DNA of 64,000 nucleotides from Eledone cirrhosa (lineage: Eukaryota). The DNA is taken from positions 101,866,001-101,930,000 of the forward strand of contig OZ024742.1 of NCBI GenBank assembly GCA_964016885.1, written 5' to 3'. A program made the position numbers and the translations under genes. Each line of letters starts with the position of its first letter. Position 1 is the first letter of the stretch. The notes under the pieces are model-generated. The model saw nothing but the letters and a program-made list of their open reading frames with translations, searched no databases and had not been told where the DNA came from. Shown here one piece after another: positions 42,309 to 56,744 of this stretch.

Positions 42309-43659
42309 GGAAGAGCCTAGGATTAGAATTAAGCTGGTATTAAGAATTATACCAATTTCTAAACAGTGCCATTGCATAGTGTCAAAGGTTCCACCTTCCA
42401 CATCTAAAGAATCGATACTTTAATAGCTTGGGGTTTTAGGGCCTATAACTCTTCATTACTTGTTAAAAGTCTGAAAGGTTCACATGTAGATGTTTTCAAT
42501 AAGCTTCTTGACATTCTGCTCAGATCCCTGGTGAGACTACAGTGTGACAAGAAACACAAACGAGGCCAGTGATGTTAATCTTCATTCATCAATGGCCAAT
42601 CAAAGAAAGAGGGATACAGAAGGCCCATGAGTTGGAATGGGCGAAAAGGATAACAGTATGTGGGCATATATATATATATATATATATATAAACCACTGTG
42701 CATATGTATATGTCTATATATATATAGGAATATGAAGGTGTATAGCCTAGTGGTTAGCGTGTTAGGCCTACAACTGTCAAGAGTTCAATTCCTGGACCAA
42801 GTGGCATGTTGTGTTCTTGAGAGAAACATTTCATTTCACATTGCTCCATTCCACTCATCTGAAAATGAGTACCAGCAGCAGCTGGGGTTAACTGGCATCT
42901 TGTCCTGGGAGTTTTGTACTCACATAATGTCAATAAAACCAGGATGAGCCCCAGCCTGATGAAACTCTGGGCTTGGAACAGACTTCAACCTTTAACGTTT
43001 TTTAATGTATCATCATCATCTTTTATTCATTTGTTATTAAAGTACATCTGATACATGATTCAACTCTGTGTAACAAAGATTCTTACATAAAATTGTGACG
43101 GAAGGCTGGAAGGTTTTTTAGACAAATATAAACACTTTAAAATAAGCAGCTTTGCATTGTAAAAGCAGCAGGTGTTGTTTCAAGCAGTTTGGTATCAAGA
43201 TGGTTAAGATTGTGTTTCTATGTTTAATTGCTTTGACAGTTACATAAAAATCTTTACTGTTAGCTATATTCTACAGAAAGGTGGAATGTTATTTCCTGCT
43301 AGATATGGCACAGCAAATTGTTTAAATGCTCTTCATTTCCTCGTTTGATGCACTTTACATATGCTGGAGTGAAAGGGTTGGAAACATCAAGTTCACAAAT
43401 GCAGTGATGTTGCTTTTCACAAATTCTCTAGACATGCTATAAATTCAACAAACCCTGTTGTTGTTTAGCTCCAGGTCTACTCTGACAACAAAGTATTCCA
43501 TCCTCTTCTCAATCCCCATTCACACACACATGCATACACACACACCCACACACAAACATATCAGCAGCATCATCATCTAACATCTGTTTTCCCTGCTATA
43601 TATATATATATATGTACATAAAACTTCTATCCAAGGAAGTAACAACTGTCAAGGTACAA

Positions 43660-44660
43660 ATCTCAGGACTGTCCCCCTTAATGTTAGCACCCTGAAAGGT
43701 AAATCAGGTGAAATTGGGGAAATGTTAGAGAGAGAGTTGTAGTTGTATGCTGTAAGAAGTAAGATGGAGGGATGCCTCAGTGGGACAAAATACTGAGATA
43801 TAAACTCTACTGGGTAGGAAATAACAATGGGGTAGGTGGTGTAGGCATCTTACTAACTGGGAAATGGATAGATAAGGTAGTTAGTGACAGAATCATCAAG
43901 CTGAGAATAGCTGTAGGAAATGGAGTAGTAACAATTACATCCAAGACCAAATGGACTCTATAAGGAACTTTTACAGACAACTTCATAAACTGATGAAAGA
44001 GACCTCATCATCCTGGCAGGCAACTTCAGTGGACATGTGGGGCAATACCAGGATGGATTCTGTGGAGTTCACAGCAGTTATGCTTATGGCTCAAGAAACG
44101 AAGAGGGAATGGGGCTCCTGAACTAACCATTTGCAACACAAATTTCAGGAAACCAACCAGCCACCTGATCCCATATCAATCAGGTGAACACACAAGCCAA
44201 ATTGATTACTTACTCATAAGACAAAATAAACGGACTGTAATAAACACTAAGGCCTTCCTTGGGGAAGAATGCTATGCCCAACACATGTTAGTTATTAGCC
44301 ACATCAAAATAAACACAAGACAGAGGCTGTGGAAGCTAAAGGATTTTTTAGTTAAATATAGGTTTAGAAAGGCTCTACAGGATTCAGTCAATAAGAGGGG
44401 TGACGAGCTAGCTACATATATCATAGAGGACTACTAGAAATTCCTACGTGATAGCTTTTTACAAACTTCTGATGAGACTTGTGGCTGGAGTAAAGGGCCA
44501 GCCAGATAGGTGACCTGGTGGTGGAACAGCACAGTGGATAGAGCCATTAAAGCCAAGAGACAAGCATAGAAAGACTGGGAAAATGGGAGTAACAGAGAGC
44601 AGTACCAGGTCGCTAAGAGGGAAGCTAGACCACAAGTATGTACAGCTCGGAGAGAGGCAT
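43660..44660 (+). pseudogene. Decayed RTE APE-endonuclease region
   Basis: NVSTLKGKSGEI, YKLYWVG..GVGGVGILL, GNFSGHVG, CNTNFRKP, SQIDY and TWWWN remnants. Confidence 0.75.
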
Positions 44661-45694
44661 CCTCTCTCTAGGTCTGAACACAGCCGATTTTTCCCAGGGA
44701 AAGGAGAATAATGGAGGAATTGAGAACGAGAAATAGAGGAAGAATTGATCCTAGTACTAGGCTGTTAGTTTATTTATTTATGTTTTTGCTAACCATGAAA
44801 GGATGTAAGGCAAAGTCGACTTTGGCAGGAATTGAACTCAGAGCTGGAACGAATACCACAAAGCATTCTATGTGGAAAAAATATGGAGTGTTATAGTCAT
44901 TGCCTCTATCCCATCACTGTTGGTGGTGGGGGCAGTGACTGCTGGGGATGATCTGTGCATGGGTGGCAGAGCCTGTTTGTGTGTAGTGGGAGGATTACCT
45001 GTGTGGTGGAGAGGAACATCACCTCTATGCAGAGTGGTGGTATTGTGGAGAAGAGATGTGTGGAAAGATAAAGGCGAAAAAGCTGTGTATAAATGTATAC
45101 AGAGGGGAGGAATAGGTGAATGCTTTTGGCAACAAAGTAATTATGATTGGAATTTGGATGGAGTGGATGTAATATAGCAGCAGTGGTTGTGTTGAATGTA
45201 GATATTTTGTTGTTTAGCCTCCCAATGACATCTTTGTTTGAGCAAACCTAGGATCAAACACATTCAAGTAATGGTTTTATTTTTTAACAATAGTTTACTC
45301 TATAATACATTATCCAATGTAGCCCTAAGAGTTTAGCTGTTTTTTTAGCAGGTCGAATAACCACAAATAGGTTCCCTTGCTGTCTCAAGAGGTGGTTGTT
45401 TAATGTTATTGCCTGAACATTGACCTTGACCTTCATTTATTTCATTTTTTCTTTCATTTATATATTTTTGGTTTGTTATGAATATTATTACATTGGTACT
45501 TAAATTTCCTCAGCACCATAGATCCAGCTTAAATTCTCTCACCCTATCCTATCCATTTAAGTGTTTCAGTCGAGACTTATACATATTATGATGAGTTAAT
45601 GAGGGAGCCTAAAAAAGAATCTACAAACATTCAGCAAATCTAAATTCACTCTTTACAATAAGGAAATGACACATTAGTCACTAGTCCTTGATCT

Positions 45695-46200
45695 TCTCAT
45701 CCCTCCATCGAAGGTGAAGCATGTACACAGTTCTTGTTCCAGACTTCTTGATCTCTCATCACAGCAAGAAGGTCCTGGCCAGTGAGGCTAGTGTTCCTCA
45801 CCAACAGAGTCAGTGTAACCAACCAGATATTTAAATTTTGTACCAGTTCAATAGGTGAACTGTCAGAAACATGCAGTGGACTCAGAATGGATGGATTCAA
45901 ATGCATAAATTTAGTTTTTGAAGCATTGAGAGACAAATCCACACAATGGAGGAGGTCCTGAGCTGATGTCATCTGAGTAAAGATCAAGTAGCACAATAGT
46001 TTGATGACAGCGAGTCCGACAACTCTTGAGGGTTATACCATCAGTATCTGTGATAGCATTGTGAAGGGCATAGTTCAAACATATTATATAAAGGGACGGA
46101 GCAAGTTGATCACCCTGCAAAACGCCTGTATCGATTGTAAACATGTTGGTTTCTCCTTCAGATATAAGGGCAACAGCTGAGTTGTTCTCATACATGACAC
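45695..46200 (-). pseudogene. Decayed RTE-like RT fragment of another family
   Basis: MYENNSA..GET..F.IDTGVLQGDQLAPSLYII and LNASKTKFM. Confidence 0.65.
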
Positions 46201-47619
46201 AATAGCAAAAAAAAAAAAAAAAAAAAAAGAAATGTCCTAGATATACTCATGAAAGATGGTCATAGTCCTGCTTGATTAGACTTAGCCTAGAGCTTAACAA
46301 CATACTACGAAAGATGATTGTATGAATAGACCCATAACTCCTAATGGATTTGTAGGGGTGTCATATGACATACAATGTGTCTTGGGCACTTTAAACCAGA
46401 GTCAATCCTCTTTCCAGATCTGAACACAGCTGATTTCTTCTGGAGAAGGTGTGAGACTGGAAGTGAAAAAGAGATATAGAAGAAGAATTGACCTTGAAAG
46501 GATGAAAAACAAAGTTGACCTCAACAGGATTTTGAACTTAGTGAGCACTCAGAGCTGGAACAAATACTGCAAAACATTCAATCCGATGTTCTGATGGCTT
46601 GGCTAATATACCATTTATGAAAGATGATTATAAACACACACAAGAAAAATTTAAAACTATTTATTGAAAATGCTATTTAGAATATTTTAGTTTAATATAA
46701 AAGAATGAACCAGCCATATCAGTTAGTCAGTGACTGGTTTGTTGTTTTAATTACAATGAGATAGTGCCCATAACCTTTGTAGGTTCACATACACCCAGGT
46801 ACCCAGGTTGTAGGTGAGTTAAGGTTAACAGGGTTAATATTCAATTTAAACTTTGGTTGTACTGACGCCATGAAAAACTCCCATTAGACATGAAGTGGTT
46901 GGAATTAGGAATGGCAACCAGCCATTGAAAACGAAACCCAGAATGGAATGTATGAACAAGACATGGTCACCTGACTTTTCTAGTTTTGTAATCTGATAAC
47001 CCATTTAACCCATGCAAGCATGGAAAATAGATGTTAACTGGTGATGGTAAGAGGAAAATTGACTGGAAGCAGTGCATATCTGTTAAAAAATTTGTTTCAT
47101 AATCACATGCTTTTTTTTGTTTGATCTCACTGCACAGCATGTTGCATAGGTTTCTATCAGTCGCTTGTGTCAACCCAAGCCTTGTGAGTGACATTGGGTA
47201 GACAGAAACTGTGTGGTGGACTAACTGGTCTGTACCTCTTAACTGTTTGACTTAAAGTGCTACCTGAGTTAGTTGTCTGAAGATAGTCCATGGGTTGTGG
47301 TTTCTTCCTCTCTTTTTACCACCAGTTTTGGGAGCCCTATAAAAAAGGATGCATTCTTTTTTCCTTCCTTTAAGACAAAAGGAAAAATGCGCAGTGAACT
47401 AGTTTATGATTAACCTGTGGGGCACATTTTAGCTATTCATGTACAGCTGTCTTCTAGAGAAAGTTTTGTTAGGGTGGGGTATAAAAAGTAAGGGTATTGG
47501 GAGTATTGCATTGGCTAACTGAGATGTGTATTATTTCTCAGTAAATTGCTCCATCACCTGTCTAACCATCTAAGTTATCTTATACTTCCAGTAGTAGTAT
47601 CACACTATTTAGGAATCAT

Positions 47620-47960
47620 TTGGTGAATTGGCAGTATCAGTAGAGGGTCAGACGCCATGCTTTCTAGCATAGTTACGTCCCTTTATGATCTGAGTTCAAA
47701 TCCTGCCGAGGTTAACTTTGCCTTTCATCCTTACGGGGTCAATAAAATAAAGTACCAGTAATGTACTGGGTAATTGCTGGCCTTGTGCCAAAAAGTAGAA
47801 ATAATTATTTCAAAGTGTAGCGGTGAATTGGCAGTATCGGTAGAGGGTCGGATGCCTTGCTTTGACACATAGTTATGGCCCTTGCCTTTCATCCTTACGG
47901 GGTCGATAAAATAATGTACTGGGTAATGTCTGGCCTTGTGCCAATAGTAGAAACAATTAT
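47620..47960 (+). mobile_element. Two tandem tRNA-derived SINEs with Nin-like domain
   Basis: GGTGAATTGGCAGTATCGGTAGAG head, GAGTTCAAATCC B box, GCCTTTCATCCTTACGGGGTCGATAAAATAAAGTACCAG core and GGCCTTGTGCC tail. Confidence 0.8.
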
Positions 47961-49556
47961 TTCAAAGTGTAGCTAACCAATATACTAGAACTAAAACACT
48001 ACCTGTGATTTAAATTAATAAAAAAAAAAAAATGGAAGGATTTAGTAAAATAACTTCATTACTAAGTTGGTGTTTGGTGCTTAACAAATGTTTTTACATA
48101 AAATTATGATGGAAGGTTTTTCAGATAGATATAAACACTTTTAAAAAGAGTTCTGTGTCATAGAGCCAGGGGTGGTTTCAGGTGGGTTGGTATCAAAAGG
48201 GTTAACCCCCCAACTGAACTCTGGTCAAGCAGACCTATGCTGAAAAGCTTTCTAGTTGTGATCATCGTATCTTTGCATATTTATAGGATTACACTGTCCA
48301 ATGTATCCTTTTTAGACCTCTACTTAACTCTTACCAATCTGTGATAATTTAGCAGAAAATAAATATATCTAAAAATGGGTTTGTTCAATGTTTATAGTAT
48401 CTTTACAGTAGATTTTCACAATGATCATTCCACCAGTAAAAACTTAAATTTTTAACATGATGCAGTAATAGTGTTTTGTACTTTTCAAGACCCTCTTACT
48501 AATGTGGCTTCATGTGAAAAATGACATTAATCGTTAAAGGTGATCTGTTATTTCTAATGTCAAATTCTCTATAATGAAAAATAATTTGTTGAACTTTTTA
48601 ATGTTGTTTAGTTTCCAGACAGCTCTGAATGAGCAGTCTTATAATGCAAACCATTCCAGCTGTGAACATCCCATTTTATATTCTGGCAGTGATTCTAGGG
48701 TTACATTATCCAATGTGTCCTTCCATTTTTAAGGTGGCAGGATGTCATTTTAGGAAGATTTGACTGCTATTTCTAGCAAGTCAAAGGATCATTTGCAGAT
48801 TCTATAACCATTTGAATTAATGTGTCTGGTTTAGAATAGGCACATCATCTCCTTGCAGTTTGTAAGAAGTGACTAAATGTTTTGGTACAGCTGTAAAACA
48901 TTGCCCCAGAAAGTCCTGTTCAACCCATTCTAGCATGGAAAAGTTGAGGTAAAAACGATGATAGAGATTTTTTTTGTTTTATCTGATTTATGGGTGATGA
49001 GTGAGTGATTTTGTATTTTATATGTTATGTATTGTAGTAGAAAGTCCATTGTTTAGCACCAGACCAGCAGATATATCAGATATTCTAGTCTGATTCCACA
49101 AATCACCTTTTATTTAGGCAAAGTATATGTAGCAGTAGATTATCCAATTCTCCTCCTTTAAAAAACAAAAAAAACAAAAAATCAACAAATGGTAGGGTCT
49201 GATCTGAGCCAAATATTTTTGCCAATTCTAGCAGGCTGAATGACTGCATAGAGGTCCTCTTGTTGATGAAAGAGCTAGATATAAGACAAGACTTGCTTGT
49301 AAGAATTATCTAGAAGCTTGGCAGTGGCATGTTGAAAAGAAATTGAAAGGTTATGGGGTAGAGAGAGGGAGAAGTCTAAAATTGGTATGTAGTGTGTTTC
49401 AAGTGACAGATTACTATTCATGAATTGTAGGAAAGAGATAATGTAATCTTAAGAGGGTGGAGCAAAGAACTGTAACAACAATGACAGTGATGAATGTGGT
49501 TTGTTTACATTGGTACAAAGCTAGAAATTTGCATGGTATGTGTGTGTACTCTAGAT

Positions 49557-49718
49557 GGGACCACTTGGCACATGTGCTGCCTGACACTGGTGGGATTAGT
49601 CATCATATGTGCTTGGCACTGGTGGGACCACTTGTCTAATGTGCCTGACATTGATAGGACCACTCTTCACATGTGTTCGGCACTTGTGATACCACTTGTT
49701 ACATGCGCCTGGCACTGG
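49557..49718. repeat. Degenerate ~32-bp minisatellite, about 5 copies
   Basis: Consensus near GGGACCACTTGTCACATGTGCCTGGCACTGGT. Confidence 0.7.
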
Positions 49719-49774
49719 CATTTAGTTGGCCATAGGATGATTTGAACTCAGAATATATAAAAGATGTTAGTAAA

Positions 49775-49960
49775 TAATTGTTTCTACTTTTTGGCACAAG
49801 GCCAGCAATTACTCAGTACATTACTGGTACTTTATTTTATCGACCCCGTAAGGATGAAAGGCAAAGTTAACCTTGGCGGGATTTGAACTCAGACCATAAA
49901 GGGCCGTAACTCTTTGCTGCAAAGCATGGCGTCCGACCCTCTACCGATACTGCCAATCCA
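49775..49960 (-). mobile_element. Nin-like tRNA SINE
   Basis: Reverse complement of the 47620 SINE. Partial copies at 39770-39862, 52620-52770, 55340-55432 and 62178-62305. Confidence 0.8.
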
Positions 49961-50814
49961 CCTAGTAAATAATGTGGAGCAGGTTTGACTCTTGGTGCAC
50001 TGGCTCTACTCAACCTGCTACAAACAAAGCAAAACCTGTTGCAAGTCACACTTCGGTGGCTTAGAAATGGGAAGGATGTACATTAGATATTCTTGTTCCA
50101 GATACCCCTCCTCAGGATTGTCAGGACTGGAATGTATTTGATTATAGATCTACCTGGAGCTAAACACCCTCAGCTATTCCACTAATTACTTTTTTTTGTA
50201 TATCATTATCATCACCGTTTACGGTCCATTTTCCCAAGCTAGCATAGGTTAGACAAGTTGTCTCATTGTGAGTCAAGTCAGGTCAGATGACTGTCTTGCT
50301 CATACAAAACTGTTTCTGGTTTGGTTTCTCCGGTTGGATGCCCTTCATGACGCCATTATATATGTGTATATAAATCATCACCATTTAACATCTACTATCA
50401 ATGCTGGCATGGGTTGGAGGAGCTGTCATAATCCAAGGCTAGACAGATCAGAGAGACCTCATCTTCCTCATATGTTTCATATTTGGCATAGTTTCTATGC
50501 ATATGAAGGTGTATGACTATATAATTGTAGATGCATATATGTGTATTTGACTGTATGTTTTACATGCCAGACAGCTTCTATCCCCACTTGCCCATTGTGA
50601 TAAATCTTTTTTTTTTAATCTTCCAGCCACCTTTTTCTCCTAACTTTACTCTTTTCTGATGGTCTAACAGCCAATATGTTGAGATTTTTTCTTTTACTGC
50701 AAGTTTGAAACTAAGACTAATTGTTTTGCATTTGTCTTTTTAAATTTTGAACTATATATATGTGTATGTGTCGGGTTCAATTGGGGGTAACCACAATTTT
50801 ATATATATATATAT

Positions 50815-51152
50815 ATCATCATCGTCATCATTTTACGTCCGCTTTTCCCTGCTTGCAAGGGTGGGACGGGAACTGATTCTGGCTTGATTTCTACAGCTGG
50901 ATGCCCTTCCTAACACCAACCTCATTTACAGTGAGTGCTGGGTGCTTTTTTGCCGTGGCAACTCCACGACCACTTTGCAGTGGAATGATATGGACCCCAG
51001 TCCCTATCATCTCATTTCTACAGCTGAGTAAACTGGAGCAATGTGAAATAAAGTGTCTTGCTCAAGAAAACAGCACATCACCCGGTCTGAGAATTGAACT
51101 CACAACCTTTCGATTGCAAGGCCAATGCTCTAACCACTAAGCCATGTGCCTC
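50815..51152 (-). mobile_element. tRNA SINE with RTE tail
   Basis: Same structure as 32252-32680. Confidence 0.82.
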
Positions 51153-51530
51153 CATATATACATACATACATATACGAAGCTAGTCAAAGAAAATTGACAC
51201 AGCCTCAGTCACTTTCTCACTCAATGATATATTTGTATTAAAAATACAAACCCATGACCCAGACTGTACACATTTGTTAATCAGTGAGAAAAGCAACTTT
51301 GTTGTGGGTATAACAAAATCCTGGTCCAAGACATAGTTTCTACAATTCTGATCTGTTGTATTAGGTGTGTGTTTTCTAGAAAGAGAAAATGTTGAGAACA
51401 GCCACTGATAAAGAGTTACAGACTCTAATGGAGTTGGCTGAAAGATTTAAACCCCCACCTCTTTCCCTCTCTCTACTCAAGGGCAAAACTTGTCTTCTAT
51501 TTTGTGATGAATCTCTTTTTCTTTACTGTC

Positions 51531-51701
51531 TTAACCTTTTCCTGACCATATTTCTAATTTAATACGCTATTTGAATGAATTGATGAAGTGTTTGAATTTA
51601 TTTACTAAAATAATTTCATTAAGATGGTTTTTGAAATATAGGATGGTTTCATTTCACAGAGCCAGAGGTGGGTTTGGGCAGATTGGTATCAAAAGGGTTA
51701 A
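51531..51701. mobile_element. Old TTAA-flanked MITE
   Basis: TTAA-CCTTTT ... GGTATCAAAAGGG-TTAA. Related ends at ~43190-43207, 48187-48205, 62064-62430 and 39625-40040. Confidence 0.5.
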
Positions 51702-52184
51702 CTTTGGAATTTGATGATAACCCTGGAATTTGTTGAGGATACAACCCCATCCTTCTCCAGGCTGCATGGAGATTTAATGTTCATGCCCTTTCTTCCTCTG
51801 CTGCCAAGTGCATTCATGATATAAGTAATCAAGCTTTCAACTGGGAGTTACTTCACAGAGAAGTTAGCACCAGGAGATTTTAGTGCCTGCCAACAATAAT
51901 AGTCATAATAATAATGTTGGTTGTTGATGATGGTGGTGGTGATGATGACTTACCACAAGATGATGATGATAATAATGACTTACCTCTTGGCATAAGGCCA
52001 ACTTTATGGAGGTGAGGGGTATAGTCAATTGAATAAACTCCATATTATTTATTTTATGTACATCAAACCCTGGGAGCTTGCCTTGGATGAAAAGCAAAAA
52101 TCCACCAAAGCATGAATTGTAAAATATCTCATCTAGCTCAAGCAAATGTCTAACTCAAGTCAACAAAAGTCCCTTGATCTTCTT

Positions 52185-52376
52185 TTAACCCTTTAGCATA
52201 TATATTTACTATTTTATTTTCGAGGTAAAGGCTTTATCTCACATAATATCGAATTTTTGAGATTTTGATTTTATTCATTTTGAGAACAATACCTTCTCAT
52301 CACTATGGGTGGCCAGTTAAGAAAAAGATAACAGGATTCTGGATGGATACAGCTGGTTTAAATGCTAAAGGTTTAA
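52185..52376. mobile_element. TTAA-flanked MITE (piggyBac-like termini)
   Basis: TTAA-CCCTTTAGCAT ... ATGCTAAAGGT-TTAA. Inverted relative at 55766-55975. Confidence 0.7.
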
Positions 52377-53217
52377 ATCACAAACTGTTGCGCTAATAAC
52401 CCTTTCAATAATCTTCATAACCTGATCCAGATTATGAAAATGATCTACAGGTAAGAGGGATTGAATCCTGCATGTTGGGTGAGAGCATTAACCACTATAA
52501 AGAGCTGTGGTCCACTAATTAGAAAATATTAATCCTGTAGCTAGAAGTGTAAACAACTGGTTGACTTAGGAAGCATTTTGAAAATTTGAAATGTGTGTGT
52601 GTCCCAATGTATATGACCATAATAATTGTTTCTACTTTAGGCACAAAGCCAGTGCATTACTGGTGCTTTATTTTATCGAAACTCCCCCCCCCCTCATAAG
52701 GATGAAAGGCAACGGTAACCTCGGTGGAATTTGAACTCAGAATGTAAAGAGCCATAACTCTATGCTGGCATATGACCATGATAATTAGGTCTCTATAAAT
52801 AATAGTTAATATTGGAGCTGCAAGGACCACCCCCCAGCAACCACTATGCTAAAGGGATGTTGGCCACTAGTTCTGTCTTCAGAGAGATGGGGTTGGGTGG
52901 GTTCTTAGCTACATACACACATACTTATTCACTCTTCCTTATAAATGTGAGTGTATGGTAAGAAACTTATCTATTTCATAGGTTATTGTACCAGCTAACT
53001 TTTAGTTACTGGGCCCTAAAGGAAAGAGGAGGCTAAGCTGAGATACTACTTCCTCATTTCACACACACACACACACACACCAGTTGCTAGTTTTATTTTT
53101 TACTGCTGATTAAGTTGCCACTCTCTTCTCTTATACCTTTCTCTTCCTTCTTCGAAAGAGAAAGAAAGGTGTGAGGAAATTGACTTTACTTCCCCTATCT
53201 TTCCCCCTCTCTAACAG

Positions 53218-53272
53218 AATTTCACCAATCCAATATCATCAATCTTACTTGTTCTACAACTAGCCATAGTTG
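53218..53272 (+). other. Candidate 55-nt host exon
   Basis: TTGAC branch-like site, ~30-nt pyrimidine tract, CAG acceptor and G/GTAAGT donor. No homology evidence. Confidence 0.3.
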
Positions 53273-53513
53273 GTAAGTGCCCCATCTGTTTCCTGTATGC
53301 CTGTATAGTAAAACATACATGAAAGAAAGAAAGAAAAAAAAATTAAGCCAACCAACTATTAGCCAATATTTAGTCTCAAGTGTATGTCTACATTTTCTCT
53401 TGACATTCTTGTCAACTTTTCCTCGCTACATACATAATTGAGATTTCGGAAATAGTCTATCTACTTCTATGAAACACAACCACCCATTTTAAAGGGCTCC
53501 TAATTAAATGAGA

Positions 53514-53780
53514 CAGTGAATTGGTAGAGTCGCTAGAACATCAGATGGAATGCTTTGCAGTATTCGTTCTAGCTCTCTGCTTTTTGAGTTCAAATCCCAC
53601 TGAGGTCAACATTGCATTTCATCCATTTAAGGTTGATAAAAAAAGTACCAGTCTAGTACTGGGGATGATTTAGCCACTATATCCCTTTCTCACTTCCATT
53701 CTCTCACTCTCTATCCTTCTCTGGAAGAAATCTGCTGTATTCACACCTGGAGAGATGATGGGTTCTGCCAGGTTTTAAAA
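53514..53780 (+). mobile_element. Longer-tailed variant of the Nin-like SINE
   Basis: Head and core as above, plus a GAAATCTGCTGTATTCACACCTGGAGAG tail. Minus-strand relatives at ~54260-54478, 57600-57845, 46410-46610 and 44660-44870. Confidence 0.65.
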
Positions 53781-55765
53781 GTGCCATAGAAGCGCCAAAT
53801 GTTAATATGGTGCCATTTTGACCCCCTCAGGGGTTAAAGGACCTAAAATTAAATGAAAATTGTCCAATTTTATGTGTATGTAAGCCTAAGTATCAGTAAT
53901 CTATACCCTTGCTACCTTATTATTTCTGGTTAATGTGGGAGAACGTCCTCTAGCATGCAGAACCTTAGGTGCAAAGTGACTCATGGCCCCCAGCGGACAG
54001 AATAGAGAAAGCATTACGCCGAAGGACAGTGAAGGGGACACATTGAAATAGTCACTCCTGTGAGTGGTCAATTCTATCCTGAAGTGATTGAGGTTGTTTA
54101 GCCCCAAGTCACTTCTGGTCGGTTGCGTGTTCATATGAGTGTAAAAAGACTTTTAATAACTCATTTTACTCTCAACAGTCTGGATTGTTGTATGTATGGA
54201 CACTTAACATGATGGATTTGTTGGGTGCCATCATGACATAGTGTGTTGTGCTCTTTAAACCTGGTGGAGCCCATCCCCTCTCCAAGTCTGAACATAGTTG
54301 ATTTCTTAGAGAGAGAGACTGATAGAGAGAAGTAGTGACTCCAGTACTGGACTGGTACTTTATTAACCTTGAAAGAATTGAAAGCGAAGTAGACATTGAC
54401 AGGATTTGAACTCAGAGCTGGAATGAATATTGCAAAACATTCTATCCAATGTTCTAATGACTCTGTCAATTTGCTGCCTTGATACTTTATAATTTAAATA
54501 GAGCTTCTCATTCTCTATAGCTCGGAATGTTAGAATGTTATTCTAAATGGCATTAACATTACACAATTTTGTTGTATTGGCTTTTACTGACTCAAACCTT
54601 GCGTATTGGTACACCATATACTTGTATTTCGTAAGGTGTGACTAAAAAGGGTTGATGTCAGGAGGAGCATTTGTCTCTAAAATATTGCCTCTAAATGTGC
54701 TGTTCCAATCCATGCTAGTGGATGTAAAAATAAGGATGAACCATTGTTTTACCAGGCTTCTCGTCTAGTATTTTACAAAGTATTGTATATGTTTATTCAA
54801 TATGACTGATATTTCAGCCAGTTATGGAGCTTTAATTTAATCATAGTTTGTTTGTCTCCATGTGTGATAGGTCTTTTATATCCATTTACAGGTTTCACTG
54901 TTAGAGAATATTCTAGTTCTGACATGTTTCACAAGAGAAATCCTCATTACTTTTTAACATTTGTTCCACAAACTTTTCTTTGAAACACTTTAAGCACCAT
55001 CCATACCACTAATATTAATCAGGCAGGAGATATTATCTAATAATAGCAAGCAAGTTGTTACAGATTATATTTCTGATACTCACTCTTTGTCAACTAGAGT
55101 GGACATTTGACTTGCTAGAAATAACAGCCAGTTCGTTCTCAAAGCATATTATTATCATCATCATCATCATCATCATCATAGGTTTTACATTCAATTTTCC
55201 TTGCTGGCATGGGTTAGATAGGATGTTTTCAGAAAATGTTTTACAGTTGGAGGCTTTTTTAGTCATCTCTTATGACATGCAGGGACATGGTGTACTTATT
55301 CTTTAAAAAAGAGACACTTTGGATAATGTAGACCTGCAAATAATTGTTTCTACTTTAGGCACAAGGCCAGCAATTATCCAGTGTATTACTGGTACTTTAT
55401 TTTATCGACCCCGTAAGGATGAAAGGCAAAGTTATCCTGAAACCAGAGATGTAGCTCTAATACTTGCACAGTGTACTCTGCTAAATACATCCAATGACTT
55501 TATTTTAAATACTTTTACAAGATTTAAGCTCAGAAAATAAAAGTTAGAGCTGGATGTAAACAAACCTTATGAATTATCAAAGTGCTGGGAGTATTTGAAA
55601 TTTGGAAATGTGAAAGTCCCAAACACAGAAAATAACTGATAATAGTCAATCACTATAGATAATAGTTGAGAAAGTTAGGTAAATTAACCTTAGAGATGGA
55701 AAAAAAAGTATTTTGACCAGCCAGTGGGTGATAGGATATAACTTTGTCTTGTGTATTGCCATCTG

Positions 55766-55975
55766 TTAACTCTTTAGCATTTAAACCAGAATCCAGCCAA
55801 AATTCTCTCAATTCTTTCTGTTCAAACTGGCTGTAATTAGCCACCCATACTGATGTTACGGTATTGTTCTCAAAATAAATATCAAAATCTCATAGATTCG
55901 ATATTATCTGAGTTAAAGCCTTTACCTCGAAAATACAATAGTAAATATAGAGTAATGTAAATGTTAAAGGGTTAA
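55766..55975. mobile_element. TTAA-flanked MITE, second copy
   Basis: TTAA-CTCTTTAGCATTTA ... TAAATGTTAAAGGG-TTAA. Interior matches 52185-52376 in reverse. Confidence 0.7.
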
Positions 55976-56744
55976 AGCGTTCTCTATTGTTAATGTTAGT
56001 CTTCATACATTCACAAACAGGCATAGGCATCTCCTCCACCTCTCCTTCCCTTTTCTCTAGATCAAACTATAACTGCCATATTAACTTTTCCATAACTTGT
56101 TCTGTGGTGGTAAACCCCTCATCTGGGGCGTGCCATATAGTGGAACCTGCTCCAGTGGAAATCTGGTGCATTTAGTGACACTCACATTTTATTGCCTGAC
56201 AAGCTGAAGATTACAAGATTTAGTTAAAATGTTTATACCTTTACTACTGGACAGATCATTGAGAATATTTGTAATAAACTAAAATAGACTTTAGTTTAAC
56301 GTGAAGCTGTCATAGTGCTGTTTTGTAATTTCCAAGAATGTTTTGCTAATGTGGTTTCATGCAATACAGGACATTAAGAATTAAGCTGTGTAGCTGTGAT
56401 ATTGGCTAATGAAAAGGAGTTAAGTAAAGGATTAGTTTTTTTAGTCCCAAATTATCCTTGATTGAGCCACATCCATCCCATCCTTTATGTATCTTTTCTG
56501 TAGGTTTTTACAGTAAAGTTTTAGCAAATTGAACTACCTTTTCCACCTCTGTTAACCATTTATTTCATTACCATATTTATTGTTTTGAGTTGAGATGTTA
56601 GCGGTGGAGTGGATAGTCCTGGACTTTTGGAGTTGACTCTATTGGTATAGGATCAGAAGACAGCTGTGTAGTCATGAAAAATATGAAAGCTTTGAGGAGG
56701 TTGTGTGTCTCTTAGAAGTATGGGTCCTCATGTATTGTATAAGG

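Noticed and set aside
49557-49718. ~32-bp periodic repeat, considered as a CRISPR array
   Set aside because: No unique spacers, degenerate units, eukaryotic context and no cas genes.
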